This document shows, one piece after another, positions 52,289 to 62,459 of a DNA stretch of 64,000 nt. A model generated the notes under the pieces. The model worked only from the letters and a program-made list of their open reading frames with translations. It had not been told where the DNA came from and made no database searches. The number at the start of each line of letters is the position of its first letter. The stretch's first letter is position 1. The translations under genes were made by a program, and so were the position numbers. Source of the DNA: a bacterium (GTDB lineage: Bacteria; RBG-13-61-14; DATKZS01); the NCBI GenBank assembly GCA_963674965.2, contig CAXXFL010000004.1, positions 32,001 to 96,000 of the forward strand, given 5' to 3'.

Positions 52289-53356
52289 ATGAGAATGTTC
52301 CACCATATTCCCAGGAAGCACGCCAGGCTCGATCCGGACTTTGAGTGCCTGGTATTCGAGGAGACCCGCCTCACCTGGAAACAGCTAGACGAGCGGGTGG
52401 ATCGGCTGGTCAGCGGCCTTGCATCGCTGGGAATCAAACCCGGCGAGCACATCGCCATCCTCGCCCAGAACAGCTATCGCTTCGTCGAGTTCTATTACGC
52501 TTGTTCGCGGGGCGGGTTCGTGGCCGTGCCCCTCAACTGGCGGCTTTCCGACGAAGAGTTGAAGCACATCATCGCTCACTCCGAAACTTCGGCCCTGCTG
52601 GTTGGACAAGAATACTTGGAGACTGTCGGGAGGATCAGACCCCAGTTGGACAAAGTCCTGGAATACGTTTCCTTGGACGGAGACTCCGCCGGCATGCGCG
52701 AATACGAGCGGCTTCTGCGCGACGCCTCCCCGCGAGTATGTCCGGAGGCCGAGGACGAAAACTCGATGTTCATCCTCATGTACACCGGCGGGACCACCGG
52801 CCTGCCCAAAGGCGTTATGCTTTCCAACCGCAACATCATGACCGCCGCGCTCGGTTGCCTGTTTTCCATGAGCATTACCAAGGCGGACATCACCTGCATG
52901 ATTCTGCCCCTCTTTCACATCGCGTTCTGGCCGGTGACGGTTGTTCATTTCATGGGATCGAAGGCGGTGATCAGCAAGAAGTTCGATCTGGGTTACGTTC
53001 TGGAGACAATCCAAAACGAGAAATGCACCCACGTCAACATCGTGCCCACCATCGCGAGTTTTATGCTCATGTTCCCGGACCTCGATAAATACAACCTGAC
53101 CAGCCTTCGCGCCATCACCTACGCAGGCTCACCGATGCCGTTCGAGGTGTTGATGAAGCTCAAGGAGAAATTCCCCGGACTCGATCTTGGCCAGGGCTAC
53201 GGACTCACCGAGGCCGCGCCCACCGTGTCCCTCCTCGACCAATACGACCATGCCCGGCCCGCGCACAAACCAACGACGCAGTTGAGGTCGGTTTTTTCCT
53301 TTTCCAGAACCATCGCCTGGGCCAAGGGGTTGCAGGCGATCGCGCCGATATTGTAG
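52289..53356 (+). pseudogene. 3'-truncated long-chain acyl-CoA ligase
   Basis: YTGGTTGLPKG and YGLTE are present; similarity stops near 53256; the TGD/hinge/C-terminal Lys region is missing. Confidence 0.85.
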
Positions 53357-53727
53357 CCGGTCCGGGCGGTCATGCGGTTATGGCCGGGAACGCCGACAAA
53401 TTTCTTTTCCAGGCTTCCGGTCTTACACATCACGGACGCGACCTCGAACCCGGCGTCTTCCAACTGGCCGCTTATGACCCTGAGTTCATCGTGAAGGCCG
53501 ATACAAGCAGCAAGCCCGATCCTTTTGTATCCCATGAAATCGGCATATTCGGTCAGTTCATCAAGACGGTTGATCTCTTTGAGGCGGATATCAGCCGCGT
53601 ACTCCAAAAACTTGCTTTGCGAATCGCCCGACTTAAATTCATCCCGGCGCCGCTCGGGACAACCGGCGGGCATCTCTCCCGAACCGGTGAAGCAGGCCTT
53701 GGTCTCACAGTTTGCGCAAGGCATCAT
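53197..53727 (-). pseudogene. 3'-truncated DUF1847 metal-binding protein
   Basis: CANC...C...CP, GYKRIGLAACIGL, SVMCKTG, CNPLAQA, VGLCAG, then loses the expected HD motif near 53256. Confidence 0.8.
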
Positions 53728-53785
53728 TGAGCTCCTGTCTCTAAGCCTTTCGTCACTTGTTTACTCATCTCATCCACTCCCTTCA

Positions 53786-54985
53786 CTACTTGAAATTCTC
53801 ATCGTAGAGCTTGCGAGCCATTTTCTGTATCATCCTGTTTTCCGGCTCGTAATATTTCAAATCAGCGGGGTCTCCATTTATGACGAACTCAAGCGCTTTT
53901 TTCGCCTCTTCTTCTCTGCCGAGGGTGATGTACATCTGGGCCAGGCGAAAGTGGTTGTCAAAATAGCCGGGCTCCTGTTTGGTGGAGTAGACGGTCAGCC
54001 GGATGATCAGTTCCTTTGAAAAGCCCAACATCTTAGCGACACGGAAAGAAAGTTCACCGGCTTCGGCCAGTGAGGCCGCCAGAAAGCGGGAGAAGCCCCC
54101 GTACATGTAGGTTGGCTGCTCCTCACACACGAGGATAAGGGCCTCGGCCAGTTCCATGGAATGTCGGACCATAGCCAATGTTCCCTTAACTTCGACGTAG
54201 CTGCCCAGGGTGGCGATATAGAAATAGTTGGCGGCGGGGTTGCGGGGCTCGACCTTGATTGCCTTGCGGGCCCAGTCCGCGCCTGTTTCGAAGAACTCGG
54301 CCTTCTTCTTCTTGTCGGGCTCTGACAAGCCAAGGTAATAGTAGGACCAGCTCAAGTACAGCTTAGGCTCGATGCGGCCCGGATACTTGGCGTCAAGTTT
54401 TTTGAAGTCCTCCACCGCAGCGAGACCCTGCTTGCGGTCCAAGCGAGCATCATACTTTTTGATGGCCTCGGGCCAGAGCGGATCGTCGTCGGGTTCGGGC
54501 AGGGGCCTTATGGACCTATACTTCGCGCCCAGGGCTTCAACTTCCTTGTATTCCTCCTCGGTTAAATCGCGGGAAAGGAGCAAGGAAGCGAAACGCCATA
54601 ACGTGGCGGCGTAATCGCCGGGCTTGATCTTAAGCGCCGCGTCACCCGCGGATACGCCTTTTTCGGCAAAATACTTGTCGCCGAGTTTGCGTACAGCCAT
54701 GAAGTAATAGACACGGCAGAGCCAGAGTTGGGCCTCGAAGCTGTCGGGTTTGTTTTTGGCGATTTCTTCGAGGATTGAAAGCGCGGCCTCCACTTCTTCG
54801 GTTTCTTCTCTTTTGTCCCAGTGCGCGAACGCCTTGGCCCAGCGCGGGTCGTCATCCGGCCGTGGCAGGTTTACGTGCGGCGATGTCGTGGTCATGGTCT
54901 GGGGATAGGCGGCAAAGGAGTCCGGACCTCCGAATAATATAATTGCCGCACCGATAACCAATACGATCCGTATCCTTAATTGCAC
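53786..54985 (-). CDS. Exported helical-repeat (TPR/TatT-like) protein with internal duplication
   Basis: Signal peptide; PRPDDDPRW...WDKR and PEPDDDPLW...YDAR repeats; TPR-like helices. Confidence 0.65.
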   Translation of the reverse strand: MQLRIRIVLVIGAAIILFGGPDSFAAYPQTMTTTSPHVNLPRPDDDPRWAKAFAHWDKREETEEVEAALSILEEIAKNKPDSFEAQLWLCRVYYFMAVRKLGDKYFAEKGVSAGDAALKIKPGDYAATLWRFASLLLSRDLTEEEYKEVEALGAKYRSIRPLPEPDDDPLWPEAIKKYDARLDRKQGLAAVEDFKKLDAKYPGRIEPKLYLSWSYYYLGLSEPDKKKKAEFFETGADWARKAIKVEPRNPAANYFYIATLGSYVEVKGTLAMVRHSMELAEALILVCEEQPTYMYGGFSRFLAASLAEAGELSFRVAKMLGFSKELIIRLTVYSTKQEPGYFDNHFRLAQMYITLGREEEAKKALEFVINGDPADLKYYEPENRMIQKMARKLYDENFK

Positions 54986-55032
54986 GATGTCCCCTCCCGT
55001 TGTTATTTTTCCGGCCCTCTAGCCGAGCCCCG

Positions 55033-57711
55033 TCAATAATTTACAAACACCGGAGACGAGTATCCCTGGTCGCCGCTTTCGAACTCGATCCTTACATAGT
55101 AGTAGTGGCGGCCCGTACTCCAACTATCGTCTTTCCAACGAGCCTCGAACCCGTCTCCGGATGGCGTCAAGTTCCTTTCGGCAAACATCTCCCGCCCGTC
55201 CTTTACGAACACTATCCGGCTGACCGGGTCGTACTTATCCTGGCTTTGCGCGTAGGCTTTGGCAACGGGGACTGAATTGATGGAAGGCCTTGAGCCCATG
55301 AAGTGATCGTCGACCCAAAACCTGACGTCCATGCGCCGGACCGGCAGGTCCTTAATCCGGCTCTCCAGGAAGGGAAAGAGGTTGAACACGTCTTCGTTTC
55401 GCGCTTGGTTGTCGATGGCGATGGATTTGCGCTCGAACATGGAGTCGAAAATCGACTTCCTGGTTTTCTCCCTGACCCACAGCCCGGCGGTGATCCATCC
55501 CAGGCCGCTGACCGCGTGAGTGTCCGACCCTCCGTAGGCTCCCAGGGGCAGGGCGTTGCCAAGGGCCTCTCTCCAACAATGGAACCATTTATGATCGTAG
55601 TCGCGCGTGATATCGTCGCCGGCCATTCTCTGCATCACGGTCATGAAGGAGGTTATGCCTCGGGTCGCGCCCCCGTCGAGCACTCCGTCGGCTACATACT
55701 CGTCGAGGGTTTTTTCCGCGGCCACGTGCTGGCTCATCACGTCGTAAAGAGGCTCCATTGATTCATCGTACTCGGAAAAGTCGTTGCCGAGGTTGAACAT
55801 GTTGTGGGCGGTGACCATGACCCGTGAATCTGGCGAGAGCCCGAACTTGTGCATGAAGCTGTAGAGCATGCCGTTGGTGTTCGTGCGCTTTTCTTTGGGA
55901 TAGAGGAACGCGAACATGTTGATAATCGGCCTGTCGTCGCCCTCGAAGACCACGCAGCGGTGTCCTCTGGTCTGGGAGGTAAATTCGTATGCCTGGAAGC
56001 AGACAAAGTCCGGCTCTGAAAAGACCTTGGGCAAAAAGGAAATGTAGGCTTCGAGTCCGGGCACGTTGGCGATCAGCATGTCGTGGTCGGAGAGCGCGAA
56101 GAAATCGAGTTTCGCGAAGTCGCGAGCGAAGTTGTAGTAGTAGTCGCTGGGGTCGGCGCCGTCGCTCGACCAGGAGTGGACGTGGGTATCGCCGTAAATC
56201 AGGGTATGGGTTTCGCCATTTATTTTTGTTTGCCGCGGGGGTTTGAAGGTGTCGCGAACCTTCCAGCCATCGTACATGGTCTCGGGAAGGTCTTGTCCCT
56301 TGGGGTGGGTCATCGGACCCATAAGGTCTCTGATTTTGACCTTCTCGGCGTGAGCCATAACCGGGCCTTCCCTCGGGTCGTTCTGGTCCCATACCGCATG
56401 AATCGTATCGCCGGCGACGACGGTCGACTGGCCGAACATCAATTTGGCGATGTTGGCGCCCCGCCCCAGCTTGATCCTTTTCGGGTCGCTCCATTTGTCG
56501 CCTTCGTAATAGCGGTAATCGAGGTGCCGCCACATCGCGAAGATAATCGGGTCGCCTTCCATGAAGAAAACGTAAACCCGGTTTCTCTTGTCCACCTGCA
56601 GGGTCGGGGCCCAGGCCACGGAGTAAAAGGAAACGCGGCCATCGCCCTTTTCTCGTCCCTCGCCCCGCAGCACCGGGTGTAACTCCTCGTGAGTGTCGGA
56701 GCCCATGCCGGCGATGTTGGCGGTGACGTACTCCGAAGGGTTGTAGAGTTTCTTTGGCTGGCGCGGGAACAGCCATTTCTCGCCGTCAAAGAATTTAGTG
56801 TGTACCGAGCGCATGGCGCTGAATTCCGACAGCTCGTTGGACGCTCTCACCCAGGCCACCCAGATGTTGCCGTCGAGGTCCTCGAGCACGTCGGCCATCG
56901 AATCCCAGCGCGCGCATTTGGTCACCCGCATTTCCTCGCCCATGGCGCCGCCAGGGCCGACCATGCGCATGTATATGTCGTACTGAAGGTCCCGGTACGA
57001 ATCCCAGACGATCGCCACCTTGCCTTTGTGCTTGCCGGCCCTTTTGGTGACCACCAGTCGGGGCCGGTAGTTCTGTCCGGTTTGGCACACCGAGCCGTGA
57101 TCGTTCCATGAAGAGCCGTCATAAGACCTCAGCTTGATCGAATGATCAGCCCAGTCTTCATACGCGACCCAGGCCTTGCCGTTGTCGGGATCGATGGCAA
57201 CCCGAGGGGTCAACGCCGGTCGAGCGCCGCCGGCGACCTCCATGGGAGAAGACCAGGAGCGGCCGTCGTAATACGCCGCGTAGACGCGCCACTGCCTTGT
57301 CTCGGGATGACAACCGCACCAGACGACACAGACTTTACCACCCGCCGCGGCTATCTCAGGCGCCAGTTTCGCGTCCGGCTGACCGCCGCTGACGTCTGCC
57401 GGCTCGTCAAATTTCTTTCCGTCCTTGACGCTGACCTCGACCGAATCAATAGATTGGGTCACTCGAGTAGGGCCCCACTCGGTGTCGAGGTCCTCGGTGC
57501 TGATGTCTATCTTCAGCTTGGCCAACCAAACGCGGCCGGTTTGTCCATCCACGGCCAAGCGTCCCATTTTCGACCTGACTCCCTCTGCCGCGGAGACCTC
57601 GGCCCAGGCCGGCCAACTCCCGGCATGTGTCAGGAGCACCGCTCCGCCGGTCATGGCCGCGCTCCGGTTGATGAACACTCGCCTGCTAATGCCTTTTTTA
57701 TTGTCCGTCAT
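55033..57711 (-). CDS. Tat-exported beta-propeller + PHP-type metallohydrolase (DUF3604-like)
   Basis: SRRVFIN; repeated W...YDG..WS blades; GDTHVHSWSSDG, FALSDHD, GGSDTH; C-terminal YYYVRI...SSPVFV. Confidence 0.8.
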   Translation of the reverse strand: MTDNKKGISRRVFINRSAAMTGGAVLLTHAGSWPAWAEVSAAEGVRSKMGRLAVDGQTGRVWLAKLKIDISTEDLDTEWGPTRVTQSIDSVEVSVKDGKKFDEPADVSGGQPDAKLAPEIAAAGGKVCVVWCGCHPETRQWRVYAAYYDGRSWSSPMEVAGGARPALTPRVAIDPDNGKAWVAYEDWADHSIKLRSYDGSSWNDHGSVCQTGQNYRPRLVVTKRAGKHKGKVAIVWDSYRDLQYDIYMRMVGPGGAMGEEMRVTKCARWDSMADVLEDLDGNIWVAWVRASNELSEFSAMRSVHTKFFDGEKWLFPRQPKKLYNPSEYVTANIAGMGSDTHEELHPVLRGEGREKGDGRVSFYSVAWAPTLQVDKRNRVYVFFMEGDPIIFAMWRHLDYRYYEGDKWSDPKRIKLGRGANIAKLMFGQSTVVAGDTIHAVWDQNDPREGPVMAHAEKVKIRDLMGPMTHPKGQDLPETMYDGWKVRDTFKPPRQTKINGETHTLIYGDTHVHSWSSDGADPSDYYYNFARDFAKLDFFALSDHDMLIANVPGLEAYISFLPKVFSEPDFVCFQAYEFTSQTRGHRCVVFEGDDRPIINMFAFLYPKEKRTNTNGMLYSFMHKFGLSPDSRVMVTAHNMFNLGNDFSEYDESMEPLYDVMSQHVAAEKTLDEYVADGVLDGGATRGITSFMTVMQRMAGDDITRDYDHKWFHCWREALGNALPLGAYGGSDTHAVSGLGWITAGLWVREKTRKSIFDSMFERKSIAIDNQARNEDVFNLFPFLESRIKDLPVRRMDVRFWVDDHFMGSRPSINSVPVAKAYAQSQDKYDPVSRIVFVKDGREMFAERNLTPSGDGFEARWKDDSWSTGRHYYYVRIEFESGDQGYSSPVFVNY

Positions 57712-57758
57712 GTCGTTCCCCTATCGATGAAATCAATTCCCTTTGTCTTGTGGGCGTT

Positions 57759-58826
57759 CTACAGTATGCCCCTCTTCTTGGCCATGTTGAGCATCTGTTC
57801 CATGCTGTTCTTTGCGGGGACCTGCATTTCCTTTTCCGGCTTGGCCTTCAGGCTGATAGCTTCACTGGAGCAGCCGGCAACGCAAAGGCCGCATCCGATG
57901 CAACGCTCGAGCTTGATTTCAGCTTTTCCGTCATCGTTCATTTCGATGGCTCGCATCTGGCATGTTTCAATACATTCCTCACAACTGATGCACTCGTCCT
58001 GGTCGATCACGGCGAAGTAGTTTGATAGGACCATTTCCGCTGGGCTGGGGTGAAAATTAAGCGCCTGGAGCACGCCGCAGCAGTCTCCACAGCAGTTGCA
58101 CATGCCCGCGGGGTTCTGCGATGAAGCGGGTTGGGTCACGCAGCCGGCGGCCTGACAGTCCTTTACTATTTGAAGAGCTTCGTCCATATCGATCTTTCGA
58201 CCCATGTTATGGTCAAGGTAATACTGGCCCATCGAGCCGAACATGAAACATGCTTCCATGGGTTTGCCGCAGCCATCGGCAACCAATTCTCGCTGCTTGC
58301 GGCAGATACAGTCCGTCACGACAATGTTGTCTTTGGTTTTCAGAATCTCGACCACGTCTTCATATGCCGCCACGTTCAGGGACGCGTCGACAGCCTTATT
58401 GACGGGGATTGGCCTGATAAAGCCACTGGCGTTCTGCAACATGTTCAGGCCCATCTTTTCTTTCATCAGCTCTTCGACCATTTCCGCCAACTCCCTGTCA
58501 AGCCTTTTGACTTGGAACTCGAACAGGCCATGCACGAACGGTATCGCGCTGTAGAAGACCTTTTCACCCTTGCGGAAATGGAAAAGCAGGCCCCGGGCAG
58601 ACATGTCTTTAAGCTTGTCAGCGGCCTGGTCCTCGCTCATCTCCAACTTTTTCGCTATGTCGGCGGAAGCCTCGAGAATGGGGCCCAGCTTGAGGAATAC
58701 CTTTGCATCCTCCTCGCTGAAAAGCTTCTTCAGAATTTTGATCTCGATGCCCGACTCTGTTTCGGGGAAGCCCAGCGAATACTGATCGATGCGCTGCTGT
58801 AGTTGGCGAAATAAACCCTGTTCCAT
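57759..58826 (-). CDS. 4Fe-4S dicluster protein with N-terminal helical/HTH-like region
   Basis: CICR, CNCCGDCC, CISCEECIETC, CIGCGLCVAGC. Confidence 0.88.
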   Translation of the reverse strand: MEQGLFRQLQQRIDQYSLGFPETESGIEIKILKKLFSEEDAKVFLKLGPILEASADIAKKLEMSEDQAADKLKDMSARGLLFHFRKGEKVFYSAIPFVHGLFEFQVKRLDRELAEMVEELMKEKMGLNMLQNASGFIRPIPVNKAVDASLNVAAYEDVVEILKTKDNIVVTDCICRKQRELVADGCGKPMEACFMFGSMGQYYLDHNMGRKIDMDEALQIVKDCQAAGCVTQPASSQNPAGMCNCCGDCCGVLQALNFHPSPAEMVLSNYFAVIDQDECISCEECIETCQMRAIEMNDDGKAEIKLERCIGCGLCVAGCSSEAISLKAKPEKEMQVPAKNSMEQMLNMAKKRGIL

Positions 58827-58852
58827 TTTTTATCTCCTTTTCACTCGATTTA

Positions 58853-59887
58853 TTAAAGATATAAAGCCTGATGTGCGGACGGCATCTTCTCGAACTCGGC
58901 GGCCGCTTCCTCGGGCGGCAGCACGACCTTTTCCCCATTCTCGCGCTGGATCACGCAACCCGATGAGGTGAGCAGGCGGTAATTTTCACGGGTCTCGTCC
59001 TTGTTCCCAAAACAGATGTAGTTGCAGACGCCGCAAGTAAGTTGGATGTTAATCTTCCCGCCCAGGGCCGTGGTTTCGAACCCGTCGAAGCCGGGCATGG
59101 CCGGCCTTTTTTTGCACTGGATGACGGATTTCAACAAGAGATTCAATGTCTCCTTCGGGTCCTCGGGGACCGGGAAACGGCCCGCCGACCAAGTGGACCA
59201 TTTGCCGCTTTTGTGCAGGCCGGTAAAGCCGCCGCACACCAACTGGCAGCGATTCTGGTCAATGCGCTTGGCGTGGGCGTAGGTTTTTCCGCCCAGCGTA
59301 ACCACCTGCTCCTCGCTTTTTGAAAACATGCCTCCCACGCAGGCGGCAACGCAGGTTTTGCACTTGTCGCAGAAAGACTCCTCCTCCGGGATGGGATCGG
59401 TGGGAGCGAGGTCCGCGGTGGTGACCACCGTGCCCAGGATGATGGCAGTACCGTAGCCATTCATTCCCACGTTGCCGGACCAGCCGAACGACCCGAGGCC
59501 GGAAGCCACCGCCACGTAGCGGTGGGAAATGTCCGGGTGCATTTCAAGCTGCCAACCGGGAAGTTCGGTGCGGTATCTGTTGTTGCCATGCACTCTGGCC
59601 GAGGCGTGGCCCTCGTCCGCAAGCAGTTTCGCGCACTGTTTGGACAGTTCCGACGATTTTTTCGACACGTCGATCTGCTCCTCGTGGTACTCCTCTTTGG
59701 CCAGGTAGCGCCTGATCCGGTCGCGGTCCATGGGCAGGGCAAAGCTCACGGCCGAGCGCGCGCCCTCGATCTGGTAGGTGAGGTCCGCGCTGGGCGGACC
59801 GCCGGCCAGGGATTCGAGATTGGCGAACCTGACCTTGATGGCCCCTCTTTCAAGCAGAAATTCTTCGATTATTTGCTCTAAGGACAT
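58853..59887 (-). CDS. Epoxyqueuosine reductase / reductive dehalogenase-like Fe-S protein
   Basis: ISHRYVAVASGLGSFGWSGNV; CDKCKTCVAAC; CQLVC; CGVCNYIC. Confidence 0.8.
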   Translation of the reverse strand: MSLEQIIEEFLLERGAIKVRFANLESLAGGPPSADLTYQIEGARSAVSFALPMDRDRIRRYLAKEEYHEEQIDVSKKSSELSKQCAKLLADEGHASARVHGNNRYRTELPGWQLEMHPDISHRYVAVASGLGSFGWSGNVGMNGYGTAIILGTVVTTADLAPTDPIPEEESFCDKCKTCVAACVGGMFSKSEEQVVTLGGKTYAHAKRIDQNRCQLVCGGFTGLHKSGKWSTWSAGRFPVPEDPKETLNLLLKSVIQCKKRPAMPGFDGFETTALGGKINIQLTCGVCNYICFGNKDETRENYRLLTSSGCVIQRENGEKVVLPPEEAAAEFEKMPSAHQALYL

Positions 59888-59900
59888 AACATCCCTCCTT

Positions 59901-60491
59901 TCATGTTTTCACGAGAGATCTCTCTTTCAGCAATGCTTCAAGATCATCGATCCTGTCCTGCCCCCAGAACACATCCCCATCGATGTGGAAGGTAGGCACG
60001 CCCCATTGCTTTAATTCCCGCAGCCTGGCGTTGTTTGCTTCGATGCTTTTTTTAATGCGCTCATCAGTGAGAGCTGTTTGGCACTGGCGCCAATCTAGGC
60101 CGATTTCATCGCAAATTTTCCTGAGCCCCTTGTCTTCAACCATGCAGGTCCGCTCGACCCATATGGCCCGGCTGGCGCGGAGGACGAACTCCCGCTCCTT
60201 TCCAATCTCCTTGGCGTGTTCGGACACATACAGACAACGCAGGGCGCCGTCACCGATAGGATCGTGGATGCGGCCGAAATCCATACCCAGGCGTTCGGCC
60301 TCCCTGGCCGCGTCGAGAAGGATATAGAGCTTCTTGGACATGGGAAGAGGAACGCCGCGGGTAACCATGGGACGGATGGGGCGAAACTCGACCTTGACGT
60401 TATACTTGTCCTCCAGTGCAAATGCCCTTGGCCCGGCAAGGTAGCTGTATGGACTCCTGAAGGAGAAGAAGAAATCGACGGTCGCGCTCAT
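59901..60491 (-). CDS. DsbA-like / HCCA isomerase (GST-kappa) family protein
   Basis: FFFSFRSPYSYL, WGVPTF, FWGQDR; ATG 60491 after GGAGG. Confidence 0.88.
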   Translation of the reverse strand: MSATVDFFFSFRSPYSYLAGPRAFALEDKYNVKVEFRPIRPMVTRGVPLPMSKKLYILLDAAREAERLGMDFGRIHDPIGDGALRCLYVSEHAKEIGKEREFVLRASRAIWVERTCMVEDKGLRKICDEIGLDWRQCQTALTDERIKKSIEANNARLRELKQWGVPTFHIDGDVFWGQDRIDDLEALLKERSLVKT

Positions 60492-61186
60492 TGTTTCCTC
60501 CATCCCGCCCGGTCGAGCCATTCGCCGATGCGGTCGGCGCGCTCGTGAGCGAAGTACCACTGGCCCAGCACCAGTATGGCCGGGGTTTCCCAGTGGCCTT
60601 TTTTGAACATGAGTTCGCGGTTTTGTTCGAGCCTTCTATCCATGGCATCTGTTTGCAGCGACGCGTCCTGGCCGGTCACTTCCCGATGGATGCAAAATAA
60701 ATCGGCTTCGTCCAGATCCTCGTTTTTCTCCCACAGGGCTTTCAGGAACCTTAAGCAGACCTCCATCATCATTTCCGCCCCCCGACACGACTCGGCCAGC
60801 CGTGCGGCCATGGCCGCGGTCTCGGGTTTGACCGGATCTTTTCTTTGCATAGTCTTTGAATGGCGGGCCGCGATCCTCGCCGCGTCGACGATCGAATATG
60901 CAAGCCTGTCTTCGCGGTCAGGATCGCCTGAAATTCCGCGCTCGGTTACGGGATATATTCGCAGATCAACGTTGCGGCCTCTAAGAACGTCTTCAAGCAA
61001 ATCGAGTCCGACCCAGCTATAGGGATCGTCAAAGGCAATGAACAGTTCAGCCTTGGCTGGCCTTCCCATAATCTTCACTGCCCTAATAAGAGGCCTTGCG
61101 GCGCGTTTTGCCCTGGAGGCCGAGACCAGCAGACTCGGCACAAGGGCCTTTGCAACATACTCTTTGGCGCACTTACCCATTCTCAT
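60488..61186 (-). CDS. Divergent DsbA-like/GST-kappa domain protein
   Basis: FIAFDDPYSW, GHWETP, WYFAHER; ATGA overlap with the next gene. Confidence 0.7.
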   Translation of the reverse strand: MRMGKCAKEYVAKALVPSLLVSASRAKRAARPLIRAVKIMGRPAKAELFIAFDDPYSWVGLDLLEDVLRGRNVDLRIYPVTERGISGDPDREDRLAYSIVDAARIAARHSKTMQRKDPVKPETAAMAARLAESCRGAEMMMEVCLRFLKALWEKNEDLDEADLFCIHREVTGQDASLQTDAMDRRLEQNRELMFKKGHWETPAILVLGQWYFAHERADRIGEWLDRAGWRKQ

Positions 61187-62381
61187 CGCCTTTCACTTTG
61201 TAGGGCATATCCCAGGGAGTTCCATTGAGGACAAGCCTGATGCGGTCAATCATGGCTGGTGTCCGGTCAACTTTTTCCAGGGGAAGCACAAACTCTTTCG
61301 CCAGTCCGGAGTCTACATGGCCTTCCGAGAACAATGGGTCGAGGCTGCCACGCCTCTCCAGTATTCCCGATACCTCGGCTTTCTCCGCCGGCGTCAGTTC
61401 TTTATGAAGCCTTTGCAGTTCTTCCATGCACCAGACGCGATAGTGCACCACGGGCAGGTTCCTGTAAGTTGCTTGAGCTGTCTTGTAATCGAACTTCTTT
61501 TTTCCGGCATTCCATGCGCGGAAGTTTTCGAGCAAGGACGGCAGATAGGTTTGAAGAGCGTCCGTCAAGATGAAGTCCCAGCCGGCATGGGAGAAGTCGA
61601 GGAGAGGGGCCTGCTGGTCAAAGTTCGAAGCTTTCGCGTTCCACATCCTGGCCACCCACTCGTAAACGGCGGGGGCTCTTTCCCGCATGATCCTTGCCGG
61701 TGTCGGATCGATGGAGAAGTGCCGGAACATGGGCCCCATATAGCCGAAGTCCACGAGGGTCGGCCGGGCGCCGAGTAAAAAAGGCGAGTCGGTCAGTATT
61801 GCCTGCAGCGCGTCAAGGTTTTCGAGATAGGTTCGTTCAACGTGGTCTCGGGTGTGCTTGTCCACTCCGTCGTTTTTCACAAAGGTCCTGGTTTGTCGCG
61901 AGGCCATCATTCTGGCTCGAAGAAAGAGCGGGAGAGGCAGCCTGGCAATTTCGCGTCCGATCCTTCGTCCCAGTTCCCTGTGGTCGTAATGCCAGCGATA
62001 ATACATCGCGGGCCGCCACAACCACTCGTCCGCGTAGTCCTCGACCAGTTTTGATACGAACCGTATCGCGGGGTCCTCGGGCGCCACCTTGCTTTCGGGA
62101 AACTCCCGGTCAAACCAGTCGATCATGGGAGTAGAGTCTTTGAGCCACCTGCCCTCGGCGGTCTTCACGGCGGGGACCTTCATCACCCCCGTGTTCAGGA
62201 AGAGAACAGGGTAGGTCTGCGGCAAGGTCAACTCGACCCGCTTGAACTCGACCTCCTTGTAGCGCATGACCATCTCTATCTTGCCGCTGTAATAAGATAC
62301 ATCGTAGAGAAAGAGCGTGAAGGGCTCGTGCACGCCATGGACCTTTTTCTGATCCCTCGAACTGTTGGTAGCTTTTGTCAT
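61173..62381 (-). CDS. Glutathione S-transferase-like protein
   Basis: SYYSGKIEMVMRYK, KVPAV, DSTPMI, EDYADEWLWRPAMYYRW, FLLGARPTLVDFG. Confidence 0.88.
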   Translation of the reverse strand: MTKATNSSRDQKKVHGVHEPFTLFLYDVSYYSGKIEMVMRYKEVEFKRVELTLPQTYPVLFLNTGVMKVPAVKTAEGRWLKDSTPMIDWFDREFPESKVAPEDPAIRFVSKLVEDYADEWLWRPAMYYRWHYDHRELGRRIGREIARLPLPLFLRARMMASRQTRTFVKNDGVDKHTRDHVERTYLENLDALQAILTDSPFLLGARPTLVDFGYMGPMFRHFSIDPTPARIMRERAPAVYEWVARMWNAKASNFDQQAPLLDFSHAGWDFILTDALQTYLPSLLENFRAWNAGKKKFDYKTAQATYRNLPVVHYRVWCMEELQRLHKELTPAEKAEVSGILERRGSLDPLFSEGHVDSGLAKEFVLPLEKVDRTPAMIDRIRLVLNGTPWDMPYKVKGDENG

Positions 62382-62459
62382 TCAATCCCTTTGCCGCTTC
62401 TCAAAACTTCCCGGAAGGAAGGTTATATTTCTCAGCGATTACATTCATATTGCGGCATG

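Noticed and set aside
58853-59887. Calling this gene queG or rdhA
   Set aside because: No Tat signal or rdhB anchor, and the Cys spacing and context differ from canonical QueG; only a family-level call is supported.
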